Below are positions 40,492-50,136 of a stretch of DNA of 64,000 nucleotides, in pieces. The stretch comes from Alphaproteobacteria bacterium (lineage in GTDB: Bacteria; Pseudomonadota; Alphaproteobacteria; GM7ARS4; G965262615). The notes beneath the pieces were generated by a model that saw only the letters and a program-made list of their open reading frames with translations, was not told the origin of the DNA and searched no databases. The stretch covers positions 544,001 through 608,000 of the forward strand of contig OZ253545.1 of assembly GCA_965262615.1 (NCBI GenBank). Direction: 5' to 3'. Positions within the stretch are counted from its first letter, which is position 1. Every line of letters starts with the position of its first letter. Both the position numbers and the translations under genes were made by a program.

Positions 40492-41291
40492 TGGAACATG
40501 CTTATTACATTCACGATTTGAGCCCCATCGCCATCCAATTGGCGGGGTTTCCCATTCGGTGGTATGGGCTTGCCTATATGGGCGGCTTTATTTTTGTCTT
40601 TGTCATGATGAGACGCTGGACGCGTATGGGAATATCCCAATTGACCAAGCAGGATGTGGATGACTTCATGACTGCCATCATTGTGGGAGTCATTGTGGGG
40701 GGGCGGTTGGGCTATTGTGTGTTTTATCATCCGTCTTATTACATGATGAATCCTGAAGAGATTTTCTTTGTGTGGCAGGGGGGGATGTCATTTCACGGAG
40801 GATTTTTGGGGGTTTTGCTTGGGGTTATTGTGTATCAGCGGCATCGGTCGTTTTCGCTGTGGCACTGTTTGGATCAAGCCGCCGCCACCGTGCCCATGGG
40901 ATTGTGTTTGGGACGAATCGCCAACTTCATCAATGGCGAGCTGTATGGCAGAGTGACCGATGTGTCATGGGCGGTGATTTTCCCTGGCAGTTTGTCGCCG
41001 CGCCATCCCAGTCAACTCTATGAGGCGGTGCTGGAGGGATTGCTGCCGCTGATTATTTTGATTGTGATGGTGGAACGGTATCGTTTTTTGCAAAAAATGC
41101 CTGGGGGTGTGGCATCATTGTTTCTCATTTTTTATGGCGGTGCGCGCATCATTGCTGAATTGTTTCGCGAGCCGGATGCCCATATTGGGTTTGTGTGGAA
41201 CGCCATCACGATGGGACAGCTGCTCTCTGTGCCCATGGTGGCAGCAGGATTCATTTTGTTATGGATACACAAAACCAGAGCTCAGACATAA
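40488..41291 (+). CDS. lgt: Prolipoprotein diacylglyceryl transferase
   Basis: RWYGLAY, GGRLGY, GGMSFHGG, RIANFINGEL.GR, RHPSQLYE. Confidence 0.96.
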   Translation: MMEHAYYIHDLSPIAIQLAGFPIRWYGLAYMGGFIFVFVMMRRWTRMGISQLTKQDVDDFMTAIIVGVIVGGRLGYCVFYHPSYYMMNPEEIFFVWQGGMSFHGGFLGVLLGVIVYQRHRSFSLWHCLDQAAATVPMGLCLGRIANFINGELYGRVTDVSWAVIFPGSLSPRHPSQLYEAVLEGLLPLIILIVMVERYRFLQKMPGGVASLFLIFYGGARIIAELFREPDAHIGFVWNAITMGQLLSVPMVAAGFILLWIHKTRAQT

Positions 41292-42319
41292 AACGCCCGC
41301 TCAATGTGGCTGCCTTCATGGCGCGCGCCGCTCGCAAACAGTCGGACATTGGACGGCGCGGCGATTTTATCACTGCGCCTGAAATCAGTCATGTGTTTGG
41401 CTCGTTGGTGGGACGCTGGATTGCGTCACTTGTCCAACACATGGCACTGGGTCAAGACTGGGCACTGGTGGAATTGGGAGTGGGGCGCGGATGGCTCGCT
41501 TATGATATTATTGCCGAACTGCATCGCCAGCGAATGAATCAATCAATGAGTTTTCATGCCGTTGAGCATCATGACGAATTTTTCGAAGCGTGTGAGCAAA
41601 AACTGGCGCGCCATGCCATGAGTGTCACGCGCCATCATCACGCCGCCAGTTTGCCCGATGACCGCCCTCTTGTTGTCATTGCCAATGAATTTTTTGATGC
41701 CCTGCCCATTCGTCAATATGTCTATGAGAACGACAGCTGGCATGAGCGGTATGTGGCGAATGGAGCGTGTTATGTGTGTGCGTTGTCGCGGCATGGAGAG
41801 GCTCGGCGCGCGCACATCATGGGGGATGCGTCTTTCAAGGAAGGCGATGTTGTGGAGTATTCACCCGTTGGAATGGCATGGGCGCGCGCTTTGGGCAGGC
41901 GCATCAGGCGACAAGGAGGCGTGCTGCTGGTGATTGATTACGGTCATGAGAACGGCGTTGGCGATACCTGTCAGGCGGTGTGTCGCCATGAGACCATATC
42001 GGCTTGGCATGAGGATGTGTTGCGTGGCGAGGCGGATTGTTCGGCTCATGTCAATTTTTCTTTGTTGCGGCGCGCCCTTACCGATTGTGATTGCGCCGTG
42101 ACACCTCTTGTGTCGCAGGCGGATTTTTTGCACCGACTGGGCATAGAGGCGATGGTGGAACAATTGCGGGAGCGTCATCCTCACGAGGAGCGCGCATGGG
42201 TGGGCAGCTATATGCGGCTGTGTGGCAGGCGCGAGATGGGATCTTTGTTTAAGGTGATGGCGAGCTGGGATGGTCGTCATGACAAGATTTTGCCCGCATT
42301 TGGAAATGATCATGGGTGA
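41261..42319 (+). CDS. SAM-dependent methyltransferase, MidA/NDUFAF7 family
   Basis: GDFITAPEIS, ELG.G.G, ANEFFDALP, IDYG, MGSLFKV. Confidence 0.88.
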   Translation: MDTQNQSSDIKRPLNVAAFMARAARKQSDIGRRGDFITAPEISHVFGSLVGRWIASLVQHMALGQDWALVELGVGRGWLAYDIIAELHRQRMNQSMSFHAVEHHDEFFEACEQKLARHAMSVTRHHHAASLPDDRPLVVIANEFFDALPIRQYVYENDSWHERYVANGACYVCALSRHGEARRAHIMGDASFKEGDVVEYSPVGMAWARALGRRIRRQGGVLLVIDYGHENGVGDTCQAVCRHETISAWHEDVLRGEADCSAHVNFSLLRRALTDCDCAVTPLVSQADFLHRLGIEAMVEQLRERHPHEERAWVGSYMRLCGRREMGSLFKVMASWDGRHDKILPAFGNDHG

Positions 42320-42986
42320 TTATCCTTTGCAAGGTGAGAAGTTGGCGCGCTGTTCCCATGTGCGTCATGGCTTTTTTGGACGAGACCACAACGCCAATGA
42401 CATTATGCGGTATTTTTCTGCGGTGCATCGGGTGTGTCAGGTGCACCAATGCCACAGCAGTGATGTGCGCGTCGTGAGCACAGAAGATGACTCGTCCGCT
42501 TGGCAGTGTGATGGCATGGTGACATGGGAGCGAGGCATTGTGCTGGCAGTTCGCACCGCCGATTGCATTCCGTTGTTGCTGGCGGCGGAGGGGTGTGTGG
42601 CTGCCATTCATGTGGGCTGGCGCGGCGCACTTGAGGGCATCATTGAGTCGGCACTGGCGCGCTTCAAGGCGCGAGGCATCGCACCACAGAATTGTCATGG
42701 CGTGATGGGACCCTCAATCATGGCACAGTCTTATGAAGTGGGAGCTGAATTTGAGGCAATGGTGGATGAACAATTTCTCACGCCATCCCCTCATAACCCC
42801 ACGCATTTTTTATTTGATTTGCGCGGCTATGTGATGACATCCCTCAAGAACGAAGGGGTGCACTCTCTTGAGGAGGTGGCGGTGGATACCTATCAAACGC
42901 ATTCTTTGTTTAGCCATCGCCGTTTTTGTCATGGTGGCAAACAAGGGAAAACGGGCACGCAATTGTCGGTGATTGGTCTTGTGTGA
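42312..42986 (+). CDS. pgeF: Peptidoglycan editing factor PgeF / YfiH family
   Basis: HGFFGR, QCHS, TADCIP, HVGWRGA, FSHRR. Confidence 0.85.
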   Translation: MGDYPLQGEKLARCSHVRHGFFGRDHNANDIMRYFSAVHRVCQVHQCHSSDVRVVSTEDDSSAWQCDGMVTWERGIVLAVRTADCIPLLLAAEGCVAAIHVGWRGALEGIIESALARFKARGIAPQNCHGVMGPSIMAQSYEVGAEFEAMVDEQFLTPSPHNPTHFLFDLRGYVMTSLKNEGVHSLEEVAVDTYQTHSLFSHRRFCHGGKQGKTGTQLSVIGLV

Positions 42987-43016
42987 GGACGCATCTCTTG
43001 TTATGGCCTTCATGAG

Positions 43017-43979
43017 ATGAAGATTTTTTCAGGCACAGGCAATGAACCATTGAGTCAAGCCATTGCATCCCACTTGGGGTTGCGGCTGGGGGCGATTGCC
43101 ACCAGTCGTTTTAGCGATGGCGAGCTGTTTATTGAAATTTTGGAGAATGTGCGTGGTGAGGATGTGTTTTTTGTGCAATCCACCTCCACTCCTGCCAATG
43201 ATCATGCGATGGAGCTGCTGATTGCGCTGGATGCCTTCAGACGCGGCTCGGCTCGGCGCATCACGGCTCTCATGCCGTATTATGGCTATGCGCGCCAAGA
43301 CCGAAAATCGGGACCTCGCACACCCATCACCGCTAAATTGATGGCGAATTTGATTACCATCGCCGGCGCGCATCGCTGCTTGACGGTGGATTTGCATGCG
43401 GGACAAATTCAGGGATTTTTTGACATTCCGTTGGACAATCTCTACGCCGCACCCGTGATGATTGACGACATTGACAAGCATTATCGTCAATCACAATTGG
43501 TGGTGGTGTCTCCTGATGTGGGGGGCGTGGTGCGGGCGCGCTCATTGGCGAGTCAGCTCAATGCGGGATTGGCGATTATTGATAAGCGTCGTGAGCACGC
43601 ATCGGTGTCGGAGGTGATGCACATCATTGGCGAAGTGGCGGACAAGGATTGTCTCATTATTGATGACATCATTGATACCGCAGGGACGCTGTGCAACGCC
43701 GCCGCCGCATTGCATGAGGAAGGGGCTCGGTCGGTGTGTGCCTATTCTTCTCATGGCGTGTTGTCGGGGGGAGCGGTGGCGCGCATTGAGGCATCGGTTT
43801 TGACGCGCGTGGTCATCACCGACAGCATCAAAGCCAGTGATGCAGTGCTGGCAGCTAAAAAAATAGAAACCATCTCCATCGCCCCCTTGCTCGCCGAAGC
43901 CATTCAGCGTATTCATAGGGAGGAGTCCGTGTCGGACTTGTTCGTCATGAGAAAGCAGGGCAAGAAAAAGGGTAAGTAA
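43017..43979 (+). CDS. prs: Ribose-phosphate pyrophosphokinase
   Basis: [37 protein letters not shown]. Confidence 0.96.
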   Translation: MKIFSGTGNEPLSQAIASHLGLRLGAIATSRFSDGELFIEILENVRGEDVFFVQSTSTPANDHAMELLIALDAFRRGSARRITALMPYYGYARQDRKSGPRTPITAKLMANLITIAGAHRCLTVDLHAGQIQGFFDIPLDNLYAAPVMIDDIDKHYRQSQLVVVSPDVGGVVRARSLASQLNAGLAIIDKRREHASVSEVMHIIGEVADKDCLIIDDIIDTAGTLCNAAAALHEEGARSVCAYSSHGVLSGGAVARIEASVLTRVVITDSIKASDAVLAAKKIETISIAPLLAEAIQRIHREESVSDLFVMRKQGKKKGK

Positions 43980-43983
43980 AATA

Positions 43984-44622
43984 ATGAGTGAGATTCAAAC
44001 ATTGACGGCACAGGCGCGTGTTCCTCACGGCAAGGGACAGCTCAGACGGGCGCGCGGACAAGGTCACATTCCAGCCATCATTTATGGTGCGTCTTCTGAG
44101 CCGACTCCCATCACTCTTGAGGAGAAGGTCGTGGGCAAAATTCTACGGCAGGGAGGATTTCTTGCCACGCAGTTTAACATTGAGTTGGACGGCAAGAAGC
44201 ACCATGTGTTGCCGCGCGCGGTGCAGTTTCATCCTGTGACGGAGCGTCTGCTTCATTTGGATTTCATGCGGGTCAGTGCCAAGACGAAAACCCATGTGAT
44301 GGTGCGGGTTGTGTTTATCAATGAGGATTCGTGTCTCGGACTCAAGCGCGGCGGGCTTCTCAATGTGGTGCGTCATGAGGTGGAGCTGGTGTGTGCGGTG
44401 TCTCAGATTCCTGATCATTTGGAGGTGGATTTGCAAAACTGCGACATTGGTGACTCCATTCACATGAGTCAGATTGGCTTGCCGTCTGGTGTTCACCCCG
44501 CCATCAGTGACCGCGACTTTACCATTGCCACCGTTGCCGCGCCCACCGTTGCCACCGAAGTCACGCCCAGCGAAGAAGCCGAAGAAGAAACCGCCGATGA
44601 AGGTGAGCAAAAAGAAGAGTGA
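43984..44622 (+). CDS. rplY: 50S ribosomal protein L25/CTC
   Basis: IPAIIYG, VQFHPVT...HLDF, GLKRGG. Confidence 0.93.
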   Translation: MSEIQTLTAQARVPHGKGQLRRARGQGHIPAIIYGASSEPTPITLEEKVVGKILRQGGFLATQFNIELDGKKHHVLPRAVQFHPVTERLLHLDFMRVSAKTKTHVMVRVVFINEDSCLGLKRGGLLNVVRHEVELVCAVSQIPDHLEVDLQNCDIGDSIHMSQIGLPSGVHPAISDRDFTIATVAAPTVATEVTPSEEAEEETADEGEQKEE

Positions 44623-44699
44623 AGACTATTATTGACGAGAAGGGGTTGCTCGCACTATATTTAAGCGGGTATCGTATTTTTCATCATAGAGGTGATGAC

Positions 44700-45278
44700 A
44701 TGAATCTTGACGCACTAATTGTAGGGCTTGGTAATTATGGCGAAGCGTATTGTCGCCATCGTCACAATGCGGGTTTTCGCATGGTGCGGGCGTTGATTGA
44801 TGCGCGCGGCTTGCCTGCTCCCAAAATGGATAAGAAGTTTGATTCTTTGATGACGCGCGGCACCATTGGGGATGTGCGCGCCATTGTGCTTCAGCCTCAA
44901 ACCTACATGAATCGCAGTGGTGAGGCGGTCAAGAAGGTCATGGATTATTTTGACTTGGATGTGGAACGCCTGTATGTGATTCATGATGATTTAGACTTGG
45001 CGTGCGGACAAATCAAAGTGAAGAGTGGTGGCGGAACGGCGGGTCATAACGGCTTGCGTTCATTGGATGCTCATGTGGGCAGCACGGATTATCATCGCTT
45101 GCGGGTGGGCATCGGACGCCCTTCCCACAAAGAAGATGTGGTGCGTTATGTTTTGCACGATTTCGCCAAAGAAGATGAAGAATGGCTTGTGCCGTGCGAG
45201 GAAAAAGTCAGCAAGGAGTTTCCTTTGTGGATTACCCAAGGGGATGAGGCTTTGCGTAGGCAATTGCAAAACAGCTGA
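44700..45278 (+). CDS. pth: Peptidyl-tRNA hydrolase
   Basis: VGLGN, RHNAGF, PQTYMNRSG, HDDLD, GHNGLRS. Confidence 0.95.
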   Translation: MNLDALIVGLGNYGEAYCRHRHNAGFRMVRALIDARGLPAPKMDKKFDSLMTRGTIGDVRAIVLQPQTYMNRSGEAVKKVMDYFDLDVERLYVIHDDLDLACGQIKVKSGGGTAGHNGLRSLDAHVGSTDYHRLRVGIGRPSHKEDVVRYVLHDFAKEDEEWLVPCEEKVSKEFPLWITQGDEALRRQLQNS

Positions 45279-46360
45279 TGGGTTTTTCGTGCGGCATTGT
45301 GGGCTTGCCCAATGCTGGAAAATCAACTTTTTTCAATGGTTTGATGACGCGTGCCGCGTCAGAATCCGCCAATTATCCCTTTTGCACCATAGAGCCTCAC
45401 AGAGGACAGGTGGCTGTGCCCGATGAGCGATTGACATCACTGGCGACTCTATCGGCTTCCCAAAGCGTCATTCCCGCCACCATTGAGGTGGTGGATATTG
45501 CCGGACTGGTGCGTGGTGCAAGTGAAGGCGAGGGTCTTGGCAATCGGTTTCTCGCCCACATTCGTGAGGTGGATGCCATTGCCCATGTGGTGCGCTGTTA
45601 TGAAAGTGAGCAGATTGTCCATGTGGAGTCGTCCGTTGATGCGGTGCGCGATGTGGACATTATCAACACCGAATTGATTTTGGCAGACTTGGCAACGGTG
45701 GAATCCATGACGGGCAGATTGCGTAAAAATCAGGACAAAGAAAGTCACGCCGTGAGAGCGTTGCTGGCGCGCTATGCAGCATGGCTCAATGAGGGCAAGC
45801 GAGCAAACCTCATGCCGCTGGAGGAAGCGGAGGAATTGTTGATTAAACACCTTCCCTTATTGACGCTCAAACCTCTTTTGTATGTGGCGAATGTGTCCGA
45901 TGGGGGCGGCGGCGATCATGCGGCGGCTCTGAGCGCGTATGCCTCTGAGGAAGGCGCGTTGTGCGTGTCTGTTGCCTGCGGCGCGGAGGCGGAAATTGTC
46001 GCATTGGAGGAAGACCAGCGAGATGATTATCGCTCCATGCTGGGGCTACAGACATCGGCATTGCAGCTGTTTTTGCAAAAAGGCTATGAACTTTTGGGAT
46101 TGCAGAGTTTTTTCACCTCAGGCCCCCAAGAGACGCGAGCGTGGTCGTATCCTGTGGGGACGGCGGCACCACAGGCAGCAGGATTGATTCACGGAGACTT
46201 TGAAAGAGGCTTTATCGCCGCCGAAGTGGCGCGCTACGAGGACATCATGGCTTGCAACGGCTGGGAAAACGCCAAAGCCCAAGGCAAAATACGCGTTCAA
46301 GGCAAAGACTATATCATGCAGGATGGCGATGTGGTCTTTTTTCGCTTCAATGTGCAGTGA
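45278..46360 (+). CDS. ychF: Redox-regulated ATPase YchF
   Basis: [46 protein letters not shown]. Confidence 0.96.
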   Translation: MGFSCGIVGLPNAGKSTFFNGLMTRAASESANYPFCTIEPHRGQVAVPDERLTSLATLSASQSVIPATIEVVDIAGLVRGASEGEGLGNRFLAHIREVDAIAHVVRCYESEQIVHVESSVDAVRDVDIINTELILADLATVESMTGRLRKNQDKESHAVRALLARYAAWLNEGKRANLMPLEEAEELLIKHLPLLTLKPLLYVANVSDGGGGDHAAALSAYASEEGALCVSVACGAEAEIVALEEDQRDDYRSMLGLQTSALQLFLQKGYELLGLQSFFTSGPQETRAWSYPVGTAAPQAAGLIHGDFERGFIAAEVARYEDIMACNGWENAKAQGKIRVQGKDYIMQDGDVVFFRFNVQ

Positions 46361-46464
46361 TGGCGACAAGACAGAGGCTCATCCATCAAGCACCATCAAT
46401 ATGGTCATGAGGGGTTTTCATTGAAGATGAAAATGACTATATTGGTGGGCAATGGAGGTCGCGA

Positions 46465-46818
46465 ATGAGTGGAAATCTTGAGTTGAATACAAAAGCTACG
46501 AGCGGCAAAATCAGTGTTGTCATCGTGAAAGACACGATGGGCTGTGTCGCGATTGGGCTGGAGCATTACATCGCCGCACAGGGTGATACCCCAAAGGATG
46601 CGATGCTTAATTTCGTCAAGACTCTTTATGCCGAGCTGACTTTTTGCTTTGAAAATGACTTGGGAGCTTTTGAGGGTATTGAGCCAGCTCCACAGGAGTA
46701 TTGGGACATGTATCATGCAGGGGCTAAAGATGAATTGGCTTCTGAAAGCAAGCAGGTCTCTCAAGATCAATTAAAGGTTTTTCAATTGCCGATGATTGAT
46801 TGCAGGTTGGCAGCTTGA
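46465..46818 (+). CDS. HicB-like protein, copy 2
   Basis: VAIGLEHYIAAQGDTPKDAMLNF; SD GGAGGT. Clearly homologous to 27101..27487 (HY...QGD...A..N; F....AP..Y). Confidence 0.68.
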   Translation: MSGNLELNTKATSGKISVVIVKDTMGCVAIGLEHYIAAQGDTPKDAMLNFVKTLYAELTFCFENDLGAFEGIEPAPQEYWDMYHAGAKDELASESKQVSQDQLKVFQLPMIDCRLAA

Positions 46819-47039
46819 TGGCAAAGCCGCTCATATACAAGGAATTTGAGGCAATTGCCATTAAAGAATTCTCTTGTGAGATTTATAAGGGTGCGATGAT
46901 ACATTTGACGCGCCATCATGAGGGTGTCTTGAAGCGAACGCCAGTTTTGTCGCCCCATGAGAAGATGAACCCTAGAATGATTCAGCAAATGTGCAAGCGT
47001 CTCAAGTTGCCACAGAAGCGATTTGAGGATTATCTGTAG
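46818..47039 (+). CDS. HicA-like small basic protein, copy 2
   Basis: TGATG coupling with the upstream gene; 73 aa, basic; C-terminal H..MNPRMIQQMCKRLKLP...F. Confidence 0.6.
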   Translation: MAKPLIYKEFEAIAIKEFSCEIYKGAMIHLTRHHEGVLKRTPVLSPHEKMNPRMIQQMCKRLKLPQKRFEDYL

Positions 47040-47045
47040 CAGATT

Positions 47046-47068
47046 CCCATCATTTGATGGGTTTTTTT
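47046..47068 (+). terminator. Rho-independent terminator after hicBA copy 2
   Basis: CCCATC-ATTT-GATGGG followed by T7. Confidence 0.8.
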
Positions 47069-47141
47069 ATGTAGTGTCGTCAAAAGATGGACTTAATTTT
47101 TCGTGAAGTAAAGGAAAATCTAAATTTTTAACAAAAAGTGC

Positions 47142-47177
47142 TTGTGATCAATCAAAAAATGATCGTAGTTTCGGATC
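47142..47177 (+). promoter_or_regulatory. Putative R-M promoter containing three GATC sites
   Basis: TTGTGA-N18-TAGTTT with GATC at 47146, 47161 and 47174. Confidence 0.5.
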
Positions 47178-47193
47178 GCTCTGGAGGTTCGAA

Positions 47194-47955
47194 ATGGCAT
47201 CATCACAAAGCTGGCAAAAGATATTCAAAGACTATGATATTTTGAACCATGATTTTAGGTCAGGATACTTCCCTTTGTCCAATGACATGATAAAGGAGAG
47301 TTGCCAAAATTTCAAAGCAACAGGTGAAAAAGAGGTTCGCATCCTATGCAAACAAGATAGCCGTGAGGATGTTCCCGACATCATGCGCGAGCATGGGCTT
47401 TTTTTACTCCCCATCAAAAACGGCTCTTATGTCATCATAAAAGGCGAAGGATACATGGATATTCCAGAAATTGATGAAGTAGCAGAAAACTATCAATCAA
47501 AATTGGGCTTTACGCCTAAATCATCCAAAGTTGGCAATTCAGAAATGCAACATGTTGATTTTGCCTTTGCGACCAGCCTTATCAGAACTTTTATGGCAGA
47601 TGACAGTTTGGTTCTCACCATTAGAGGCAGAAAATACACACCTGAATTTTCTTTTAGAGTGGGGCAACAAAATATCGAAGTAAAAAGCGTTCAAACGGAA
47701 GTGGATGCGGGTTTTGAAGGCAAAGACAAAATTGTTCTTGTAGAAGCTAAAAATTCAAGAACAAAAAATGTGATTATAAGGCAGTTGTATTATCCCTTCA
47801 GAAAATGGGGAATTGAAACGGGCAAAAAAATCCATTCCTTGTTTTTTGAAAAAAGAGGTAAGGCATATTTCATTTGGGAGTATGACTTCAAAGACGAAGA
47901 GGATTACAACAGCATTGAGCTCATTAGAAGCGCAAAATTTGAAATTAAGAATTAA
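47194..47955 (+). CDS. Putative type II restriction endonuclease
   Basis: EVDAGFEG....VLVEAK PD-(D/E)xK core, IRQLYYPFR. Directly upstream of a DNA methyltransferase. Confidence 0.78.
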   Translation: MASSQSWQKIFKDYDILNHDFRSGYFPLSNDMIKESCQNFKATGEKEVRILCKQDSREDVPDIMREHGLFLLPIKNGSYVIIKGEGYMDIPEIDEVAENYQSKLGFTPKSSKVGNSEMQHVDFAFATSLIRTFMADDSLVLTIRGRKYTPEFSFRVGQQNIEVKSVQTEVDAGFEGKDKIVLVEAKNSRTKNVIIRQLYYPFRKWGIETGKKIHSLFFEKRGKAYFIWEYDFKDEEDYNSIELIRSAKFEIKN

Positions 47956-47956
47956 G

Positions 47957-48748
47957 ATGAGCTTGTTTTTTTCAGAAGAAGCCATCAAGCTCTATCAAGA
48001 TGATTGCATTGCTGTGCTTGAACAGATGGAACAAGACGGGGTGCAATGCGATATGATATTTGCCGACCCACCTTATAATTTGTCCAACGATGGCATGAGC
48101 TGTCATGGTGGCAAAAGAGTGAGTGTCAATAAGGGTGAGTGGGATAAGTCAAACGGCTTAATGGAAGATGGGATTTTCACGGCAAAATGGATAGATGCTT
48201 GTCGCCGTATCCTAAAAGATAATGGCACAATTTGGATTAGTGGCACTCTGCATAATATCTATGTTGTCGGCTGGACATTGCAGCAGCTCAAATTTCACAT
48301 TCTCAATGACATCAGCTGGTTCAAGCCGAACGCGCCGCCACACTTGGCGTGTCGTTATTTTGCTCACTCTCATGAAACATTGCTATGGGCAAAAAAGAGC
48401 AAAAAGGCAAAGCACTACTTTGATTACCAACTCATGAAGCAGTGGGATGCCTCGCAAGACATGATAAAAAATGAAAAGAAACAAATGCGAAGTGTCTGGG
48501 CAATTGGCACGACTCCCAAAGCCGAAAAGGAATTGGGCAAACACCCCACGCAAAAACCATCGGAACTTTTGAGACGAATCATCCTTTCATCCACGCAAGA
48601 AGGCGATACGGTTCTTGACCCTTTTTGTGGCAGTGGAACAACGGGAGTCATCGCCAAAAAATATCGCCGCCACTTCATCGGCATTGACACCAACCCCACC
48701 TACCTCAGCCTCGCCCAAAACCGCATCCAAAAGATAAAAGCCGTTTAA
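47957..48748 (+). CDS. Beta-class amino-DNA methyltransferase (DpnA-like, probably GATC m6A)
   Basis: IFADPPY (motif IV) precedes HPTQKP and VLDPFCGSGTT (motif I). LSNDG.SC..GK.VSVNKGEWD and KPNAPP.LACRYF.HS resemble DpnA-type enzymes. Confidence 0.88.
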   Translation: MSLFFSEEAIKLYQDDCIAVLEQMEQDGVQCDMIFADPPYNLSNDGMSCHGGKRVSVNKGEWDKSNGLMEDGIFTAKWIDACRRILKDNGTIWISGTLHNIYVVGWTLQQLKFHILNDISWFKPNAPPHLACRYFAHSHETLLWAKKSKKAKHYFDYQLMKQWDASQDMIKNEKKQMRSVWAIGTTPKAEKELGKHPTQKPSELLRRIILSSTQEGDTVLDPFCGSGTTGVIAKKYRRHFIGIDTNPTYLSLAQNRIQKIKAV

Positions 48749-48888
48749 CCGACAATGCAATTCATTATTCGACTTTTAGTTTTCAAAAAGTACACACCCC
48801 GTGATTTTTTCTTCTTTAGTACTAGTAAACGAAAAAAGTTATGTTATCTCTTGACAACCTTCTAGGAATTTGAGACAAGTACACCAGT

Positions 48889-49033
48889 AGCAGGTTGCGG
48901 TGGAGAGGAGGGGATTCGAACCCCCCGACATCAGATGTAAAGCCGGCGTTGTGCACCATAGCACCCTCCCCCCTGCTGCTTATGAACTGTATCGGTTTCC
49001 CCTTGTGGGATGCCGATGCGGTCGCATAATCAA
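48889..49033 (-). ncRNA. Structured RNA with a 3' tRNA-like module (G3:U70 acceptor stem, canonical T arm)
   Basis: 48971-48898 reverse complement: GGGGAGG-GTGC(TATGGT)GCAC-AACGCCGGCTTTACATCTGATGTCG-GGGGG(TTCGAAT)CCCCT-CCTCTCC-A-CCG. Flanked by an AGCAGG/CCTGCT stem and an upstream hairpin. Confidence 0.55.
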
Positions 49034-49039
49034 TGACCC

Positions 49040-49068
49040 ACCATACCATATTGTTTTTCAAAAGTCAA
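49040..49068 (-). promoter_or_regulatory. Strong sigma70-like promoter pointing into the tRNA-like element
   Basis: Minus strand TTGACT-N17-TATGGT with extended -10 TG. Confidence 0.65.
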
Positions 49069-49231
49069 GAACTTTTTCGGATTTTCCACAATCCATTGTG
49101 GGGTGATGCCTCGAGACCTACCATCAGCTGACGCTTGCGAGGGATTTCAATTGACACCAACGCCATCTTTTCCCCACCTTTCCGTCACTTTTTTCTTGCT
49201 TTTTATGAGTTTTTGAGGCATGACATATCTT

Positions 49232-49564
49232 ATGAGTGTTGCGATACGATTAGCACGAGGTGGGGCGAAGAAGCGTCCTTACTATCGCATTGTGGTTGCT
49301 GACAGGCGCATGAAGCGTGACGGCAGATTTATTGAGCGCGTGGGGTCATATAATCCCATGCTGGCGAAGGGGGATGCGGCGCGAGTTGTTCTCAATGAGG
49401 AGCGTATCCGATATTGGCTTGAATGTGGCGCGCAGCCGAGCGAGCGGGTGCAGAGTTTTTTGGCGGCTGCCAAGATGATGCCGCCGCGTGCCGTCCCGAA
49501 ACAGACGGTGCGTCATATTGCGCGCGCCAAACGCAGAGGCGAAGCTGCCACAGCGGCATCATGA
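49232..49564 (+). CDS. rpsP: 30S ribosomal protein S16
   Basis: [32 protein letters not shown]. Confidence 0.96.
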   Translation: MSVAIRLARGGAKKRPYYRIVVADRRMKRDGRFIERVGSYNPMLAKGDAARVVLNEERIRYWLECGAQPSERVQSFLAAAKMMPPRAVPKQTVRHIARAKRRGEAATAAS

Positions 49565-50135
49565 CATTCCACAAGGCACGGTGTGTTTAGCCACAGTGGG
49601 GCGTCCGTTTGGTGTGCGCGGGGCTTTTTGGCTTGTCTCTTACACTCAGCCTGCTGAAAAGATTTTTTCTTACGAAAAATTGTGCCTATGGTTTCATCAT
49701 GATGGTGAAGTCGTCCCTATCTCTTTGCACCGTCATGGACACGCCAGTCGCAAGACAAGCACCTTAGTGGCGCGCAGCAAGGATGTGACATCACGGGAGC
49801 AAGCCGCAGCATGGCGCAATGCCGCCATCATCATCAAAAAATCCGACCTGCCGCCGTGCCAAGAGGATGAATTCTACTTTCACGATTTAACGGGATTGCG
49901 GGTGCATGACCGACAGGGCAATCATTGCGGCGTTGTGAGTCATTGTTATGATACGGGGGCGGGTGCGGCGATTGTGTCTATTCGCTCGCTGTGCGAAACG
50001 CGCGTTTGGGATGTGCCTTTGACGAAGACCGCGGTGGTGACGGTCAATGTGCCACAGGGATTTTTGGTGGTCGGTGATGCGTGGCGGGAGCCGTTGCCCG
50101 AGAAGGAGAATGAGAAGGACAAGAAGGAGTCATGA
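49545..50135 (+). CDS. rimM: Ribosome maturation factor RimM
   Basis: [24 protein letters not shown]; between rpsP and trmD. Start is uncertain. Confidence 0.88.
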   Translation: MPQRHHDIPQGTVCLATVGRPFGVRGAFWLVSYTQPAEKIFSYEKLCLWFHHDGEVVPISLHRHGHASRKTSTLVARSKDVTSREQAAAWRNAAIIIKKSDLPPCQEDEFYFHDLTGLRVHDRQGNHCGVVSHCYDTGAGAAIVSIRSLCETRVWDVPLTKTAVVTVNVPQGFLVVGDAWREPLPEKENEKDKKES

Positions 50136-50136
50136 C

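Noticed and set aside
47957-48748. Cell-cycle methyltransferase CcrM
   Set aside because: It is too short (263 aa, no CcrM C-terminal domain), AT-rich, and paired with an endonuclease.
48898-48971. Functional tRNA-Val(TAC) or ochre suppressor tRNA
   Set aside because: The anticodon stem is irregular, the U8/A9 linker and D-loop geometry are missing, and the acceptor stem carries Ala identity.
48889-49033. Two-piece (permuted) alphaproteobacterial tmRNA
   Set aside because: The acceptor 5' strand lies directly upstream in a compact tRNA-like fold, and no downstream coding piece or tag reading frame is visible.
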